Positions 29,178-38,351 of a stretch of 64,000 nt of DNA are shown here, piece by piece. Location of the stretch: NCBI GenBank assembly GCA_003221005.1, contig QHTZ01000071.1, positions 1 to 64,000 on the forward strand, given 5' to 3'. The DNA is from Gemmatimonadota bacterium (GTDB lineage: Bacteria > Gemmatimonadota > Gemmatimonadetes > Gemmatimonadales > GWC2-71-9). The notes beneath the pieces were generated by a model. The model was not told where the DNA came from. It was given only the letters and a program-made list of their open reading frames with translations, and made no database searches. Each line of letters starts with the position of its first letter. The stretch's first letter is position 1. The position numbers were made by a program, and so were the translations under genes.

Positions 29178-30338
29178 TCAGTGCAGTATCCTGAGGAGCC
29201 CCGCGTCCGCACTCCCCCTGATGAAGCTCTCAGGGTCGGTGGCGGGAATCGCCACCCCGGTCTGCTTGCGGCCGCGGCGCGCGCTCGCAGCCATGTACTC
29301 CTCGAGTGAGCCCTCCACCCACTCCGCCGCGTCGTCCTTCATCTGTCGGACGATCTCCTCCCAAGTGCCGACGTAAGTGGCGCCGGTGGGCGTACTCACC
29401 CGGTGCATCTCGCCACTCGCGCTCCCGCCGCCGGCCCCGCTCCCGCCCCCGTCACCCGTCCCCGGGCGCGCTCGCATCCCCTTCAATTCGGTGAGCAGCG
29501 TGCCGAACAACTCGAGCTGCCTCGGATCGCGAACCTGACCATCGGGGCCGATCGCCTCGATCTCGGCGAGGAGCAGGTCGTCAGGTCCTTCGCCGCCCGC
29601 CAGCTCCTCGAGGCGCCGACTCCACGGCAGGAGCTCGGGGTCGTCGGCGGCGAGCCGGTAGACCCCCTTCTTCAGCTCCATGAGCCGCCAGATAGCGAGC
29701 GCGTCGAAGTGCTCCTCCGGCTCGGTGCGCTCGAGGTGGAAGAGCGCGGCCTCGTACTCGCCCCGATCGTACAGCAGGTTCGCCAGGTAGACGCGGGCTT
29801 CCGCGTGCCCGGGGTCGAGCTCGAGGGCGCGTCGCAGCCAGGATAGTGCCCCGCCTGCGTCCGTGAGCCGATGCGTCGCGTACCCCACGCACGCGGCCGC
29901 TTCGGCCGAGTCGGGATGGGCCCCGGCCACGATCTCGAAGAAGCGGCGTGCATGGTCGAGCACCCCTTCCCGAAACAGCGCGCGGCCGATTTGCAGCATG
30001 AGGTCGTGATCGTCGCGAAAGCCCAGCGCCAGGATGCGATCGAAGCACGCGACTGCGGCCGTGCGGTCCCCGAACTTGAGCAGCACCTCGCCCAATCCCG
30101 CGAGTGCGTCCTCGTGACCGGGGTCGAGCCCCAGCGCCTCCTCGAACGCGCGTCGCGTCCAGAGATACTCCTCCCGTGCGAGACGTGCATACCCCATCCC
30201 CACGTGGAGCTCGACGGCGTGGGGGTAGATGGTGAGTCCCTCGCGCAGCGTCTCGAGGGCTTCGTCGTAGTGTCCTTCGTTGTAGAGCTGATGCGCGCGT
30301 TCGTCGTAATCGTCGGAGCTCAAGAACGGGTCCGACAT
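29178..30338 (-). CDS. TPR protein with Gly-rich linker and unassigned C-terminal domain
   Basis: Several TPR units (ALGLDPGHEDAL, ALELDPGHAEAR). Confidence 0.8.
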   Translation of the reverse strand: MSDPFLSSDDYDERAHQLYNEGHYDEALETLREGLTIYPHAVELHVGMGYARLAREEYLWTRRAFEEALGLDPGHEDALAGLGEVLLKFGDRTAAVACFDRILALGFRDDHDLMLQIGRALFREGVLDHARRFFEIVAGAHPDSAEAAACVGYATHRLTDAGGALSWLRRALELDPGHAEARVYLANLLYDRGEYEAALFHLERTEPEEHFDALAIWRLMELKKGVYRLAADDPELLPWSRRLEELAGGEGPDDLLLAEIEAIGPDGQVRDPRQLELFGTLLTELKGMRARPGTGDGGGSGAGGGSASGEMHRVSTPTGATYVGTWEEIVRQMKDDAAEWVEGSLEEYMAASARRGRKQTGVAIPATDPESFIRGSADAGLLRILH

Positions 30339-30424
30339 CGAACGGGCCTCCCGGGAAGGTTGTGCTATGATAAGAAACCCCGGGCGGTTACACAAGCGAG
30401 TGGCGCCCGCTATCTTGACCGCCG

Positions 30425-31657
30425 ATGACCGCGACACTCGACTCGCTCCCGGACGGGTCCGTCACTTCACCGCGCGGCTTCTCCGCCGCGGCCGCGCACG
30501 CGGGACTCAAGGCCGATGGCGCGCCGGACGTCGCGCTGCTCGTTAGCGCGACCAGCTGCGCGACGGCGGGCGTGTTCACGCGCAACGCCGTGCGCGCCGC
30601 CCCCGTGCTGTATGACGCGGACCTGCTGAGCGAGCGGCCCGGGCGGGTCCGCGCAGTCGCGATGAACGCCCGCGTCGCGAACGCCTGCACCGGCGCCGCC
30701 GGCCTGGATGCCGCCCGGGCCATGGCCCAAGCCGCAGAGCAGGCCGCAGGCCTGCCGCCCAGGACCGCGCTCGTCCTCTCCACCGGCGTGATCGGCGTGC
30801 CGTTGCCCGTCGCGCCCGTCGCAGACGGCCTCCGCCAGGCCGCCGCCCGGCTCTCCGCCGAGGGCGGGGCCGACGCGGCGCGGGCGATCATGACGACCGA
30901 CACACGTCCCAAGCACTGCGCCGTCCGCCTCGACACGCCGAGCGGCGCGATTACAGTGGGAGGCATCGCCAAAGGTGCCGGTATGATCCACCCGGACCTC
31001 GCGACGCTCCTCGCCGTTCTCACCACCGACGCCGTAGCCGAGCCGGCGACCCTCGCTCCGCTGCTGCATCGCGTGGCGGACCGCACCTTCAATGCCATCT
31101 CAGTGGACGGCGACACCAGCACGAACGACACCGTGCTCCTGCTCGCCAACGGGACCTCGGGCGTGGATCCCGCGCGCGACGGCGCACTGTGGACGCAGTT
31201 CGAAGCCGCGGTGCAGCAGGTGGCCCGCACCCTGGCACTTGCCATCGTCGCGGACGGCGAAGGTGCCACGAAGGTGCTGGAGATCCACGTAGTGGGGGGA
31301 ACGAGCGAGAAGGCGGCGCGCGAGATCGGCCGGGCGATCGCGCGCTCGACGCTCGTGAAGACGGCGATCTACGGCGCAGATCCGAACTGGGGGCGGGTAC
31401 TCGCGGCGGCCGGTGCCGCGGGAGTTCCGCTCACCGTGGACCGTCTCACCTTGCAGGCCGCGGAGGGCGACGAGTGGCTCACCCTCGCCACCGGCGGCGC
31501 GACCGCCAACCCCGACCTGGGGCGCGCCCGCTCCGTCTTCCAACAGAAAACGATCCGCCTCCGACTCGACCTTGGTGTCGGTCGGGCGGAGGCGGTGGTG
31601 TGGACCTGCGATCTGACGCCGGACTACGTCCGGATCAACGCGGACTACACGTCGTGA
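30425..31657 (+). CDS. argJ: Ornithine acetyltransferase / N-acetylglutamate synthase
   Basis: IMTTDT, KGAGMIHPDLAT, DGDTSTND, DGEGATK, DPNWGR. Confidence 0.94.
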   Translation: MTATLDSLPDGSVTSPRGFSAAAAHAGLKADGAPDVALLVSATSCATAGVFTRNAVRAAPVLYDADLLSERPGRVRAVAMNARVANACTGAAGLDAARAMAQAAEQAAGLPPRTALVLSTGVIGVPLPVAPVADGLRQAAARLSAEGGADAARAIMTTDTRPKHCAVRLDTPSGAITVGGIAKGAGMIHPDLATLLAVLTTDAVAEPATLAPLLHRVADRTFNAISVDGDTSTNDTVLLLANGTSGVDPARDGALWTQFEAAVQQVARTLALAIVADGEGATKVLEIHVVGGTSEKAAREIGRAIARSTLVKTAIYGADPNWGRVLAAAGAAGVPLTVDRLTLQAAEGDEWLTLATGGATANPDLGRARSVFQQKTIRLRLDLGVGRAEAVVWTCDLTPDYVRINADYTS

Positions 31658-31855
31658 CTACGGCTTGGCCTTGGCGGCGGTGTCCTTCGCGGCGGGCTTG
31701 GCGGCCTTCTTCTTCATGGCCTTCTTCTTTGGCGCCGCCTTCTTGGCCTTCGCGGAGTCCTGCTGCGTCGGCGCGGCTGCCGTCGCGACCTGCTGGGCGA
31801 CGATGGCGGCGGGAGCCGCGAGCAAAGCGGCGGTGAGGATGAGGCGACGGATCAT
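31658..31855 (-). CDS. Small exported Lys/Ala-rich protein
   Basis: GGAGG RBS, signal peptide, KAKKAAPKKKAMKKKAAKPAAK. Confidence 0.75.
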   Translation of the reverse strand: MIRRLILTAALLAAPAAIVAQQVATAAAPTQQDSAKAKKAAPKKKAMKKKAAKPAAKDTAAKAKP

Positions 31856-31908
31856 GGGAATCAACCTCCAGAGGTAGTTGCGGACCATCTGGTCCGCTTC
31901 ACTCGGTG

Positions 31909-31937
31909 AGACCCTCCCCGGCACCCACCCGTCACGC
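31909..31937 (-). promoter_or_regulatory. ECF-type promoter copy 1
   Basis: GCGTGACG-N16-GGTCT, same boxes and spacing as 33791-33819. Confidence 0.65.
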
Positions 31938-31964
31938 GCCCTCCAAACCGTCCCACTGTGAAAC

Positions 31965-32639
31965 CTAGTGCAGGGGCTGCTGCCCCCCGCTGGCTACCGG
32001 CCGGCGGGCGCGCTGCACAGTCGTCCGCGGCGGCGGGGGAGGTGCGGGCACGTTGGGGAGCTCGCTCCGGATCCGCGCCAGGGCTTCGGCGTGCGTGTGG
32101 CCCCGCTGGGTCTCCTGGATTGCGGCGCTCGAGACGTCGAGCAGCCGGACCCCCCGGAGCCCCTGGTGCACCGCCTCGAGGATGAGATCGGCGGCCGAAT
32201 CCCCGCTGAAATGGTGGGCGACGAGATCGGCGACCGCGTGCAGCGCCGTGCCTCGAGGCTCGCCGGGGAGCGCGGCGACGATGCGCGCGATTACGGAGTC
32301 CGCGAGGCCACGCTTGCGCGCCGACACCACCGTGATCACCTCGGCGGGCGTGGCGGGCGGTGTGTCGCCGGCGCGCCGCAGCAGCTCCTGAGCCCGGCGC
32401 AACTGGTCCAGGTTCAGCTCCACCGCCTTCACGATCCGCTCGCTCGACACGTGTTTGGCGCCACCTTCGACCGCCTTCTGGACCAGCGGGTCGGTCGGCA
32501 GACTCTCGCGCGCGGCGACCTGCACCAGGGAGTCGATAACCGGGATGCTGGCCGCCGGGACGCGCCCCTCGAGCCGCGTGCGGAGCGACTGCGCGGCGAG
32601 CGGGGAGGCGACGCACAGGACGAGCAACGCCAGCTTCAT
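31965..32639 (-). CDS. Exported helical hypothetical protein
   Basis: Signal peptide MKLALLVLCVASPLAA; LPTDPLVQKAVEG; overlaps the anti-sigma stop. Confidence 0.7.
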   Translation of the reverse strand: MKLALLVLCVASPLAAQSLRTRLEGRVPAASIPVIDSLVQVAARESLPTDPLVQKAVEGGAKHVSSERIVKAVELNLDQLRRAQELLRRAGDTPPATPAEVITVVSARKRGLADSVIARIVAALPGEPRGTALHAVADLVAHHFSGDSAADLILEAVHQGLRGVRLLDVSSAAIQETQRGHTHAEALARIRSELPNVPAPPPPPRTTVQRARRPVASGGQQPLH

Positions 32640-33244
32640 TGCAGGACGGGCCGCACGATCAAGAGGGAGTTTTCGCGGCCGAAGTCGTCCGCCACGTAGC
32701 GCCCCGCCAGCGGGTCCGCGACCCAGCGTTCGCCATCCACCACGAACATGTACTCGTGCGCCCCCGTCGGGAGCACGACGACACCGCGCCACACCCCGTC
32801 ATGGTCACGATCTTCGAGTGCGATGGAACCGGCGCGCCAGTCGTTGAACGAGCCGACTACGGCGACGGACCGGGCTCCCGGGAAGCGGGCCACGAATTGC
32901 GCGATCCCCTCCTCCTCGCCGACGTCGGGCCGCGACACGCGCGCGGGCAGGAGCGTCAGCAGCGCCAACCCGGCGGCGAGTGCGAGGGTCCAGACGGGGC
33001 GCATCCGCAGGACGATCGCGCGAGGCGTGACCAGCCACCACACCAAGCGCGACCGGCGCGGGGCAGCGGGGCGCCGGAGCGCCGCCATGACCCGTTGCTC
33101 GACACTCTCCGCTTTCGGGGCCGCGGCGAGCAGCGCCGCCGCCGCCTCCAGGAGCTCGACTTGCCGCCTGAGCTCAGGCGGCAGCGCCTCCCGTTGGATC
33201 TCGCCATCCAGCACCTGATGAATTCGCGGGTCGATCGTGCTCAT
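32636..33244 (-). CDS. Membrane anti-sigma factor with C-terminal CBM48/glycogen-binding domain
   Basis: TM helix, then SVAVVGSFNDW...GVW...HEYMFVVDGERWVADP. Confidence 0.8.
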   Translation of the reverse strand: MSTIDPRIHQVLDGEIQREALPPELRRQVELLEAAAALLAAAPKAESVEQRVMAALRRPAAPRRSRLVWWLVTPRAIVLRMRPVWTLALAAGLALLTLLPARVSRPDVGEEEGIAQFVARFPGARSVAVVGSFNDWRAGSIALEDRDHDGVWRGVVVLPTGAHEYMFVVDGERWVADPLAGRYVADDFGRENSLLIVRPVLQ

Positions 33245-33789
33245 CGGTACTCCTCCAGCGCCTGCAACAGCGCTTCCCGTGCGCGATGCACGCGCATTTT
33301 CAGCGTCGGGATCCGTTCCCCCGTCGCCGCGGCCATCTCCTCGTAGCTCATCCCCTCGACGTGCTTCAGAACGAACGCCTCCTGCTTCTCCGGGGAGAGC
33401 GTCCTCAAGGCCCGTTCCACGAGTACCAGCTGCTCGGCTCGCTCCACCGCTGCCTCGGTGTCCCTCGGATCCGCGACCGGTGGCGCCTCGTCGAGCGAAA
33501 CGTCCGCCGTCGCGCGGCGGGCGAGGTGGCTCTTGCACCGGTTGGCCACGATGCGATACAGCCAAGTGCGCAGTCGCGCCGGGTCACGACAGCTTGCCAG
33601 GTGGCGGTAGGCGCGGACCAAACCTTCCGCCACGGCGTCCGCCGCCGCATCCCGGCTGCCGAGCATGCGCGCCGCGTAGCGCAGCAGACCCGGCTCGTAG
33701 CGGCGGATCACGAGGCCGAAGGCTTCCCGGTCGCCCCCCAAGACCCGGGCCACTACCTCCGCGTCAGAGGGCGCGCTCGCTACATCCAT
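33241..33789 (-). CDS. ECF RNA polymerase sigma factor
   Basis: GDREAFGLV, RTWLYRIVANRC, EGMSYEEMA, KMRVHRAR. Confidence 0.9.
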   Translation of the reverse strand: MDVASAPSDAEVVARVLGGDREAFGLVIRRYEPGLLRYAARMLGSRDAAADAVAEGLVRAYRHLASCRDPARLRTWLYRIVANRCKSHLARRATADVSLDEAPPVADPRDTEAAVERAEQLVLVERALRTLSPEKQEAFVLKHVEGMSYEEMAAATGERIPTLKMRVHRAREALLQALEEYR

Positions 33790-33790
33790 A

Positions 33791-33819
33791 AGACCTGCAT
33801 CCGGATTGGGGCGTCACGC
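33791..33819 (-). promoter_or_regulatory. ECF-type promoter copy 2 (autoregulatory)
   Basis: GCGTGACG-N16-GGTCT immediately before the sigma gene. Confidence 0.65.
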
Positions 33820-33894
33820 TACACCGCGCCCGGCGCGGTGCGCTAGGGGCTGCAATCTCAAGGGATTCCGGGCCGTGATGCGAAGCGAAACGGA

Positions 33895-35436
33895 CTAGCG
33901 CGGCAGGGATGGAGCGGGGAGGACGGCCTGCGCCGCCGCGAGGTAGGTCGCTGCGCGGAGACCCTCGGCCGGGATCACACCCGCAAATGCCTCCAGAGTG
34001 GCTTCCGCGCGCCGCCGGTAGCCCGCATCGCCCGTGGCGTCGGCGAGCTGCAGCAGCACGCGCGCCGCCCAGGCATTCGCTCCCGGCAACAGGTCGTCGA
34101 GAACCTGTTTGGTGCGATCCGCGAGAGCCGGCGCCGCGGGATCAGCCCCGGATGCGTCGAAGTAGCCACCCATCGGGTCGGCGAAGTCGCGCTCGAAGAT
34201 CGCCACGAGGTCCTGAGCCACGCGGAGGTACCGAGGGTCGCCCGTGGCGTTGTATGCGGCGAGACAGGCGCTGCTCACCTGCACCTGATCCTGCAGCAGC
34301 GCCGGCCCAGCGCTCCGCGAGTGGCCGACGTGGCGCACCCCCCGCCCGCTGGTATAGGCGTGGGCGAGCAGCCCGTCCAACGCCGTTAGGGCGCTCCGCT
34401 CGGCCGTCGAATCGCCGGTGCTAGCCGCCGCCTCGAGCACCGAGCCAATCACGTAGGCCTCGCGGTCCGCGAATACCACGCGATCGTCTGCCCCGCTCAG
34501 ATCGCGGAGCAGCGACCCCAGCAGATGGCGCGCGGCGTCGCGATATCTGGGCTCTGCCGCTAGCGCCCAACCCACCGCCAAGTTGCGCAGCATCCCGGCA
34601 CGCACGAGGCCGGGCGGGTCGTCGCGCTCGCCGGCGGCCGCCGCGGCCTCGACCGAGTCCGCGACCACGTCGAGCGCCGAGCGGGCCACGTCCAGATCGC
34701 TCGAGTCGCCGCCGCGCGCCGACGCGGCGAGCAGGAGCGCGGCCGCCCGGGTGTAGGTCAGGCTGCCGAGTGCCGCCCGTGAGTGCTGCGCGCTCTCGAG
34801 CGCGGCCCGCACGCCGTTGATCGCCGCTTCAACAGTGCGTGGCTCCAGCACGCCGTGAGCCCCCGCTTCACGCGTGTACGCCAGCTGCCGGACGAGAGCG
34901 GCCTGGCGTCGCACGAAACCGCGCCGCTCCCTGAAGCTCCGCGCCACGTCCGGAAGGATCTGCTTCATGCCGCGGCCCGTCACCGGATCGTCCGCAGGAA
35001 AGTAGGTGCCGCCAAAAAAAGGCGAGCCATCGGGCGTGAGAAAGACCGTGAGGGGATAGCCGCGCAGGCCGGTGAGCAACTGCACCGCGACCCCGTAGCG
35101 CGCCGCTACGTCGGGACGCTCGTCTCGATCGACGCGCACCGGCACGAATAGTGAGTCGATCAACGCGCCGAGCACGAAGTCGGTGTAGGTCTCGCGATCC
35201 ATCACCGCGCAGTACCGGCACTCCTCGGCCCCGACGTAGAGCAGGATGGGCCGATCGAGCCGCGCCGCCAGCTTGAAGGCCTCACGGCCCCACGACTGCC
35301 AGCTGACCGGGTCGCGCGCCGCGCGCGTGAGGTAGCGGGTGCCGGACTCCGCCATCTGGTTGGTGAGCGCCGCACGCTCCGCTACGCACGCGATCACGCA
35401 CAGCGAAGCGAGGGTGGCGAAGGGAGCAGAGCGCAT
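33895..35436 (-). CDS. DUF255/YyaL (SSP411)-family thioredoxin + (alpha/alpha) barrel protein, likely lipoprotein
   Basis: CRYCAVMDRE, VDRDERPD, GYPLTVFLTPDG.PFFGGTYFP; lipobox-like VIAC. Confidence 0.82.
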   Translation of the reverse strand: MRSAPFATLASLCVIACVAERAALTNQMAESGTRYLTRAARDPVSWQSWGREAFKLAARLDRPILLYVGAEECRYCAVMDRETYTDFVLGALIDSLFVPVRVDRDERPDVAARYGVAVQLLTGLRGYPLTVFLTPDGSPFFGGTYFPADDPVTGRGMKQILPDVARSFRERRGFVRRQAALVRQLAYTREAGAHGVLEPRTVEAAINGVRAALESAQHSRAALGSLTYTRAAALLLAASARGGDSSDLDVARSALDVVADSVEAAAAAGERDDPPGLVRAGMLRNLAVGWALAAEPRYRDAARHLLGSLLRDLSGADDRVVFADREAYVIGSVLEAAASTGDSTAERSALTALDGLLAHAYTSGRGVRHVGHSRSAGPALLQDQVQVSSACLAAYNATGDPRYLRVAQDLVAIFERDFADPMGGYFDASGADPAAPALADRTKQVLDDLLPGANAWAARVLLQLADATGDAGYRRRAEATLEAFAGVIPAEGLRAATYLAAAQAVLPAPSLPR

Positions 35437-35554
35437 GGGGACGGCGTCTCAAGATACCCGACCGATCACGCAGCCGTTCCCGGACATGTGGCCGCGATCC
35501 CGTGCGCCGGCCTAGAGTTTGGTGCGTCCAGACGCCAGGTGTACCTTGGTGGAC

Positions 35555-35800
35555 ATGAACGAGACGCCGACAACCATCACCCCCAAGCCCAACGGGCCCC
35601 TGGTCGTGGCCGGCCCGGTACGGATTGTGACGCCCGACGGGGCCACCATACCCGTGCCCCCGCGGAAGGACGGGCGACCGGCGGAAGTCGTTGTCCTGTG
35701 CCGCTGTGGAGGTTCCGCCACCAAGCCGTTTTGTGACGGAACTCACAAACGCATCGGCTTTTCTGACGGCTCCACGCCCCGCCCGATTCCCACGGTCTGA
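35555..35800 (+). CDS. CDGSH iron-sulfur domain protein
   Basis: LCRCGGSATKPFCDGTH. Confidence 0.92.
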   Translation: MNETPTTITPKPNGPLVVAGPVRIVTPDGATIPVPPRKDGRPAEVVVLCRCGGSATKPFCDGTHKRIGFSDGSTPRPIPTV

Positions 35801-35890
35801 GGGCGCCGTATTATGTTGTGACCGTCCCGGGGGGGGGTACCGCGCGGCCTGTTCGGCCCCCGCCCGCCGGCCCCCTAACGGAGGAACAAC

Positions 35891-36067
35891 ATGGCGAAGG
35901 GTGGAAAGACTCCGATGGCTGCGGATGAGGGCTACTGCGTGAAGTGCAAGGCGAAGCGCAAAATCTCGAACGCGCAGCAGGTGAAGATGGCCAACGGCCG
36001 GCCCGCGCTGAAGGGCGTCTGCCCCGTCTGCGGAACGGGCATGTTCAAGATCCTGCCGCCGAAGTAG
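35891..36067 (+). CDS. Small basic zinc-ribbon protein (DUF5679-like), 58 aa
   Basis: Hand-translated MAKGGKTPMAADEGYCVKCKAKRKISNAQQVKMANGRPALKGVCPVCGTGMFKILPPK; GGAGG RBS; below the ORF-track cutoff. Confidence 0.85.
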   Translation: MAKGGKTPMAADEGYCVKCKAKRKISNAQQVKMANGRPALKGVCPVCGTGMFKILPPK

Positions 36068-36090
36068 CGTCCCGCGATCCCGCGGTGTTG

Positions 36091-36124
36091 CGGAGCCCCC
36101 GGCAGCCTCCTGCCGGGGGCTCCG
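36091..36124. terminator. Hairpin between convergent genes
   Basis: CGGAGCCCCCGGCAG-cctc-CTGCCGGGGGCTCCG, perfect 15-bp stem. Confidence 0.7.
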
Positions 36125-36709
36125 TCATTTGACCCGGCGGCTGCTGTCTCCCTGGTAAGCGTAGCGGAAGGTGACGCAGGCAGTGCCCGCATCCTTACAA
36201 TAGTAAGCAAGGATCTCGAGCTTGGCGTACTTCCCGCCCGGCGTGCGCACGCCGTACACGTGGTGTTTCGATGTGAGGAGATGCGTCAGCATGCTGTAGT
36301 CATACCACTTTCCGACGCCAGGATTCGTCGTGTCGGGGACGGCATCGTTTGCGAGGTACCCGCCGCTGGGGAGCAGGACCACCGAGTCGAACGGCACCGC
36401 GCCGAGATCCTGGATGCCGCCACCTGGTGCTGCGATCAGATGAAACCGCCGGAACGCCACGTCCCAGGCCCCAGTGTCGACCACCGCGTTACGCGTGAAG
36501 GCGAAGCGGTGCCACAGCTCCGTGGAGGACGCATCGAGCGTGTACGTGGCGGGGCCTACCAGCGTGTCGCCCACGGCGCCGGGGCGAGGCACCGTGAGCT
36601 GGTAGGGCGGGAATTCGGGACGTGTGAACGAGCCGATGAGGAGCGCGGCCGCTAGCAGCACGAAGGCGATGGCCATCACGAGCACCAGGATCGGTGGGCG
36701 CCCGCTCAC
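36125..36709 (-). CDS. HmuY-family heme-binding protein
   Basis: TLDASS, WDVAFRRF, KWYDYSMLTHLL, GKYAKLEILAYY, VTFRY. Confidence 0.8.
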   Translation of the reverse strand: MSGRPPILVLVMAIAFVLLAAALLIGSFTRPEFPPYQLTVPRPGAVGDTLVGPATYTLDASSTELWHRFAFTRNAVVDTGAWDVAFRRFHLIAAPGGGIQDLGAVPFDSVVLLPSGGYLANDAVPDTTNPGVGKWYDYSMLTHLLTSKHHVYGVRTPGGKYAKLEILAYYCKDAGTACVTFRYAYQGDSSRRVK

Positions 36710-38334
36710 CGCTCCGCCATGAACGGGTAGGCCCACTGCCTCGGCGGCACGAGGTTCTCCTTGATGGCCCGCGGGCTCGTCCAGCGGATCAGATTGAGGA
36801 GACTACCGGCCTTATCATTCGTGCCGCTCGCCCGCGCCCCACCGAACGGCTGCTGCCCCACGACGGCGCCCGTGGGTTTGTCGTTCACGTAGAAATTCCC
36901 CGCGGCGTACCGCAACGCTTGCTGCGCCTCAGCCACCGCCCGCCGATCCTGGGCGAAGATGGCGCCCGTGAGGGCGTAGGGCGACGTCCGGTCCACCACC
37001 GCCAGCGTGTCTGCCCAGCGAGCCTCCGGGTACACGTACACCGACAAGACCGGCCCGAAGATCTCCTCGCACATCGTGCGGTATCCGGCGTCGTCGACCT
37101 GAATCAGCGTGGGCTCAATGAAGTAGCCGTCGCGGTCGTCCGCGCCTCCCCCGAACAGGATCGCGGCCCCCGCCCCCGTCTTGGCGCTCGCGAGGTACCC
37201 CGAGATCTTGTCGAACGCCTTGCGGTCGATCACGGCGCCCATGAAGTTGCGGAAATCGGCGGGATCGCCGACGCGAACGTCGGCGAGCATGCCGAGCACC
37301 CGCTCCCGTACGCGCGGCCAGAGCGCGTCGGGCACGTAGGCCCGCGAGGCGGCGCTGCACTTCTGGCCCTGGTACTCGTAGGCGCCCCGCACCATCGCGA
37401 CCGCGAGCGCGTCGACGTCCGCGCTGGCGTGCGCGACGATGAAGTCCTTCCCCCCCGTCTCTCCCACCAAGCGTGGGTAGCCCGCGTACTCCGTGAGGTG
37501 CTCCGCCGCGCGCTTCCAAAGGAGCTGAAACACTTCCGTGGAGCCTGTAAAGTGGATGCCGGCGAGGTACCGGTCGCCGAGCAGCGCATCGGATACGACG
37601 GTCGACGGACCCGGCACGAAATTGATCACGCCCGGCGGCAAACCAGCTTCCTCGAGCAGCTTCAGCACAAAGTAGTTCGAGAACACGGCCGTGGCCGCCG
37701 GTTTCCAGACGACGGCGTTGCCCATGATCGCGGGGGCGGTGGGGAGGTTGCCGCCGATCGAGGTGAAGTTGAAGGGCGTGATCGCGTACACGAACCCCTC
37801 GAGCGGCCGGTACTCCATGGCGTTCCACGCGCCGGCCACGGACAGCGGCTGCTCGTGGTACACCCGCTCCGCGTAGTGCACGTTGAAACGGAAGAAGTCA
37901 ATGAGCTCGCAAGCGGCATCGATCTCAGCCTGATGGGGCGTCTTTGACTGGCCGAGCATGGTCGCCGCGTTCACGATCTGACGGTGGCGCGTCCCAAGGA
38001 GGTCCGCCGCTTTGAGGAACACGAGGCCGCGACGCTCGAGGGGCCATGTCGACCACTCCCGCCACGCCTCCCGCGCGGCGGCGATTGCGGCACGCACCTG
38101 ATCCGGGCCCGCCTGGTGGACGTGCGCCAGGACATGCCGGTGGCAATGCGGCATCACGACGTCGGCGGTGGCGGCGGTGCGCACCTCTTTGCCACCGATG
38201 ACGAGCGGGATCTCGATGGGCCGTGCGGCAAGGTCCCGCAGCGCCTGTTTCAGCTCCGTTCGCTCGGGAGTGCCCGGTGCGTAAGAGAGCACCGCCTCGT
38301 TGACTGGAGTGGGGAGCGTGGGTGTGGCGAGCAT
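36706..38334 (-). CDS. pruA: 1-pyrroline-5-carboxylate dehydrogenase
   Basis: NEAVLSYAPG, AITPFNFT, ETGGKDF, EYQGQKCSA, QQPFGGARASGTNDKAG. Confidence 0.93.
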   Translation of the reverse strand: MLATPTLPTPVNEAVLSYAPGTPERTELKQALRDLAARPIEIPLVIGGKEVRTAATADVVMPHCHRHVLAHVHQAGPDQVRAAIAAAREAWREWSTWPLERRGLVFLKAADLLGTRHRQIVNAATMLGQSKTPHQAEIDAACELIDFFRFNVHYAERVYHEQPLSVAGAWNAMEYRPLEGFVYAITPFNFTSIGGNLPTAPAIMGNAVVWKPAATAVFSNYFVLKLLEEAGLPPGVINFVPGPSTVVSDALLGDRYLAGIHFTGSTEVFQLLWKRAAEHLTEYAGYPRLVGETGGKDFIVAHASADVDALAVAMVRGAYEYQGQKCSAASRAYVPDALWPRVRERVLGMLADVRVGDPADFRNFMGAVIDRKAFDKISGYLASAKTGAGAAILFGGGADDRDGYFIEPTLIQVDDAGYRTMCEEIFGPVLSVYVYPEARWADTLAVVDRTSPYALTGAIFAQDRRAVAEAQQALRYAAGNFYVNDKPTGAVVGQQPFGGARASGTNDKAGSLLNLIRWTSPRAIKENLVPPRQWAYPFMAER

Positions 38335-38351
38335 GGGAGGAAATGTAAGTC

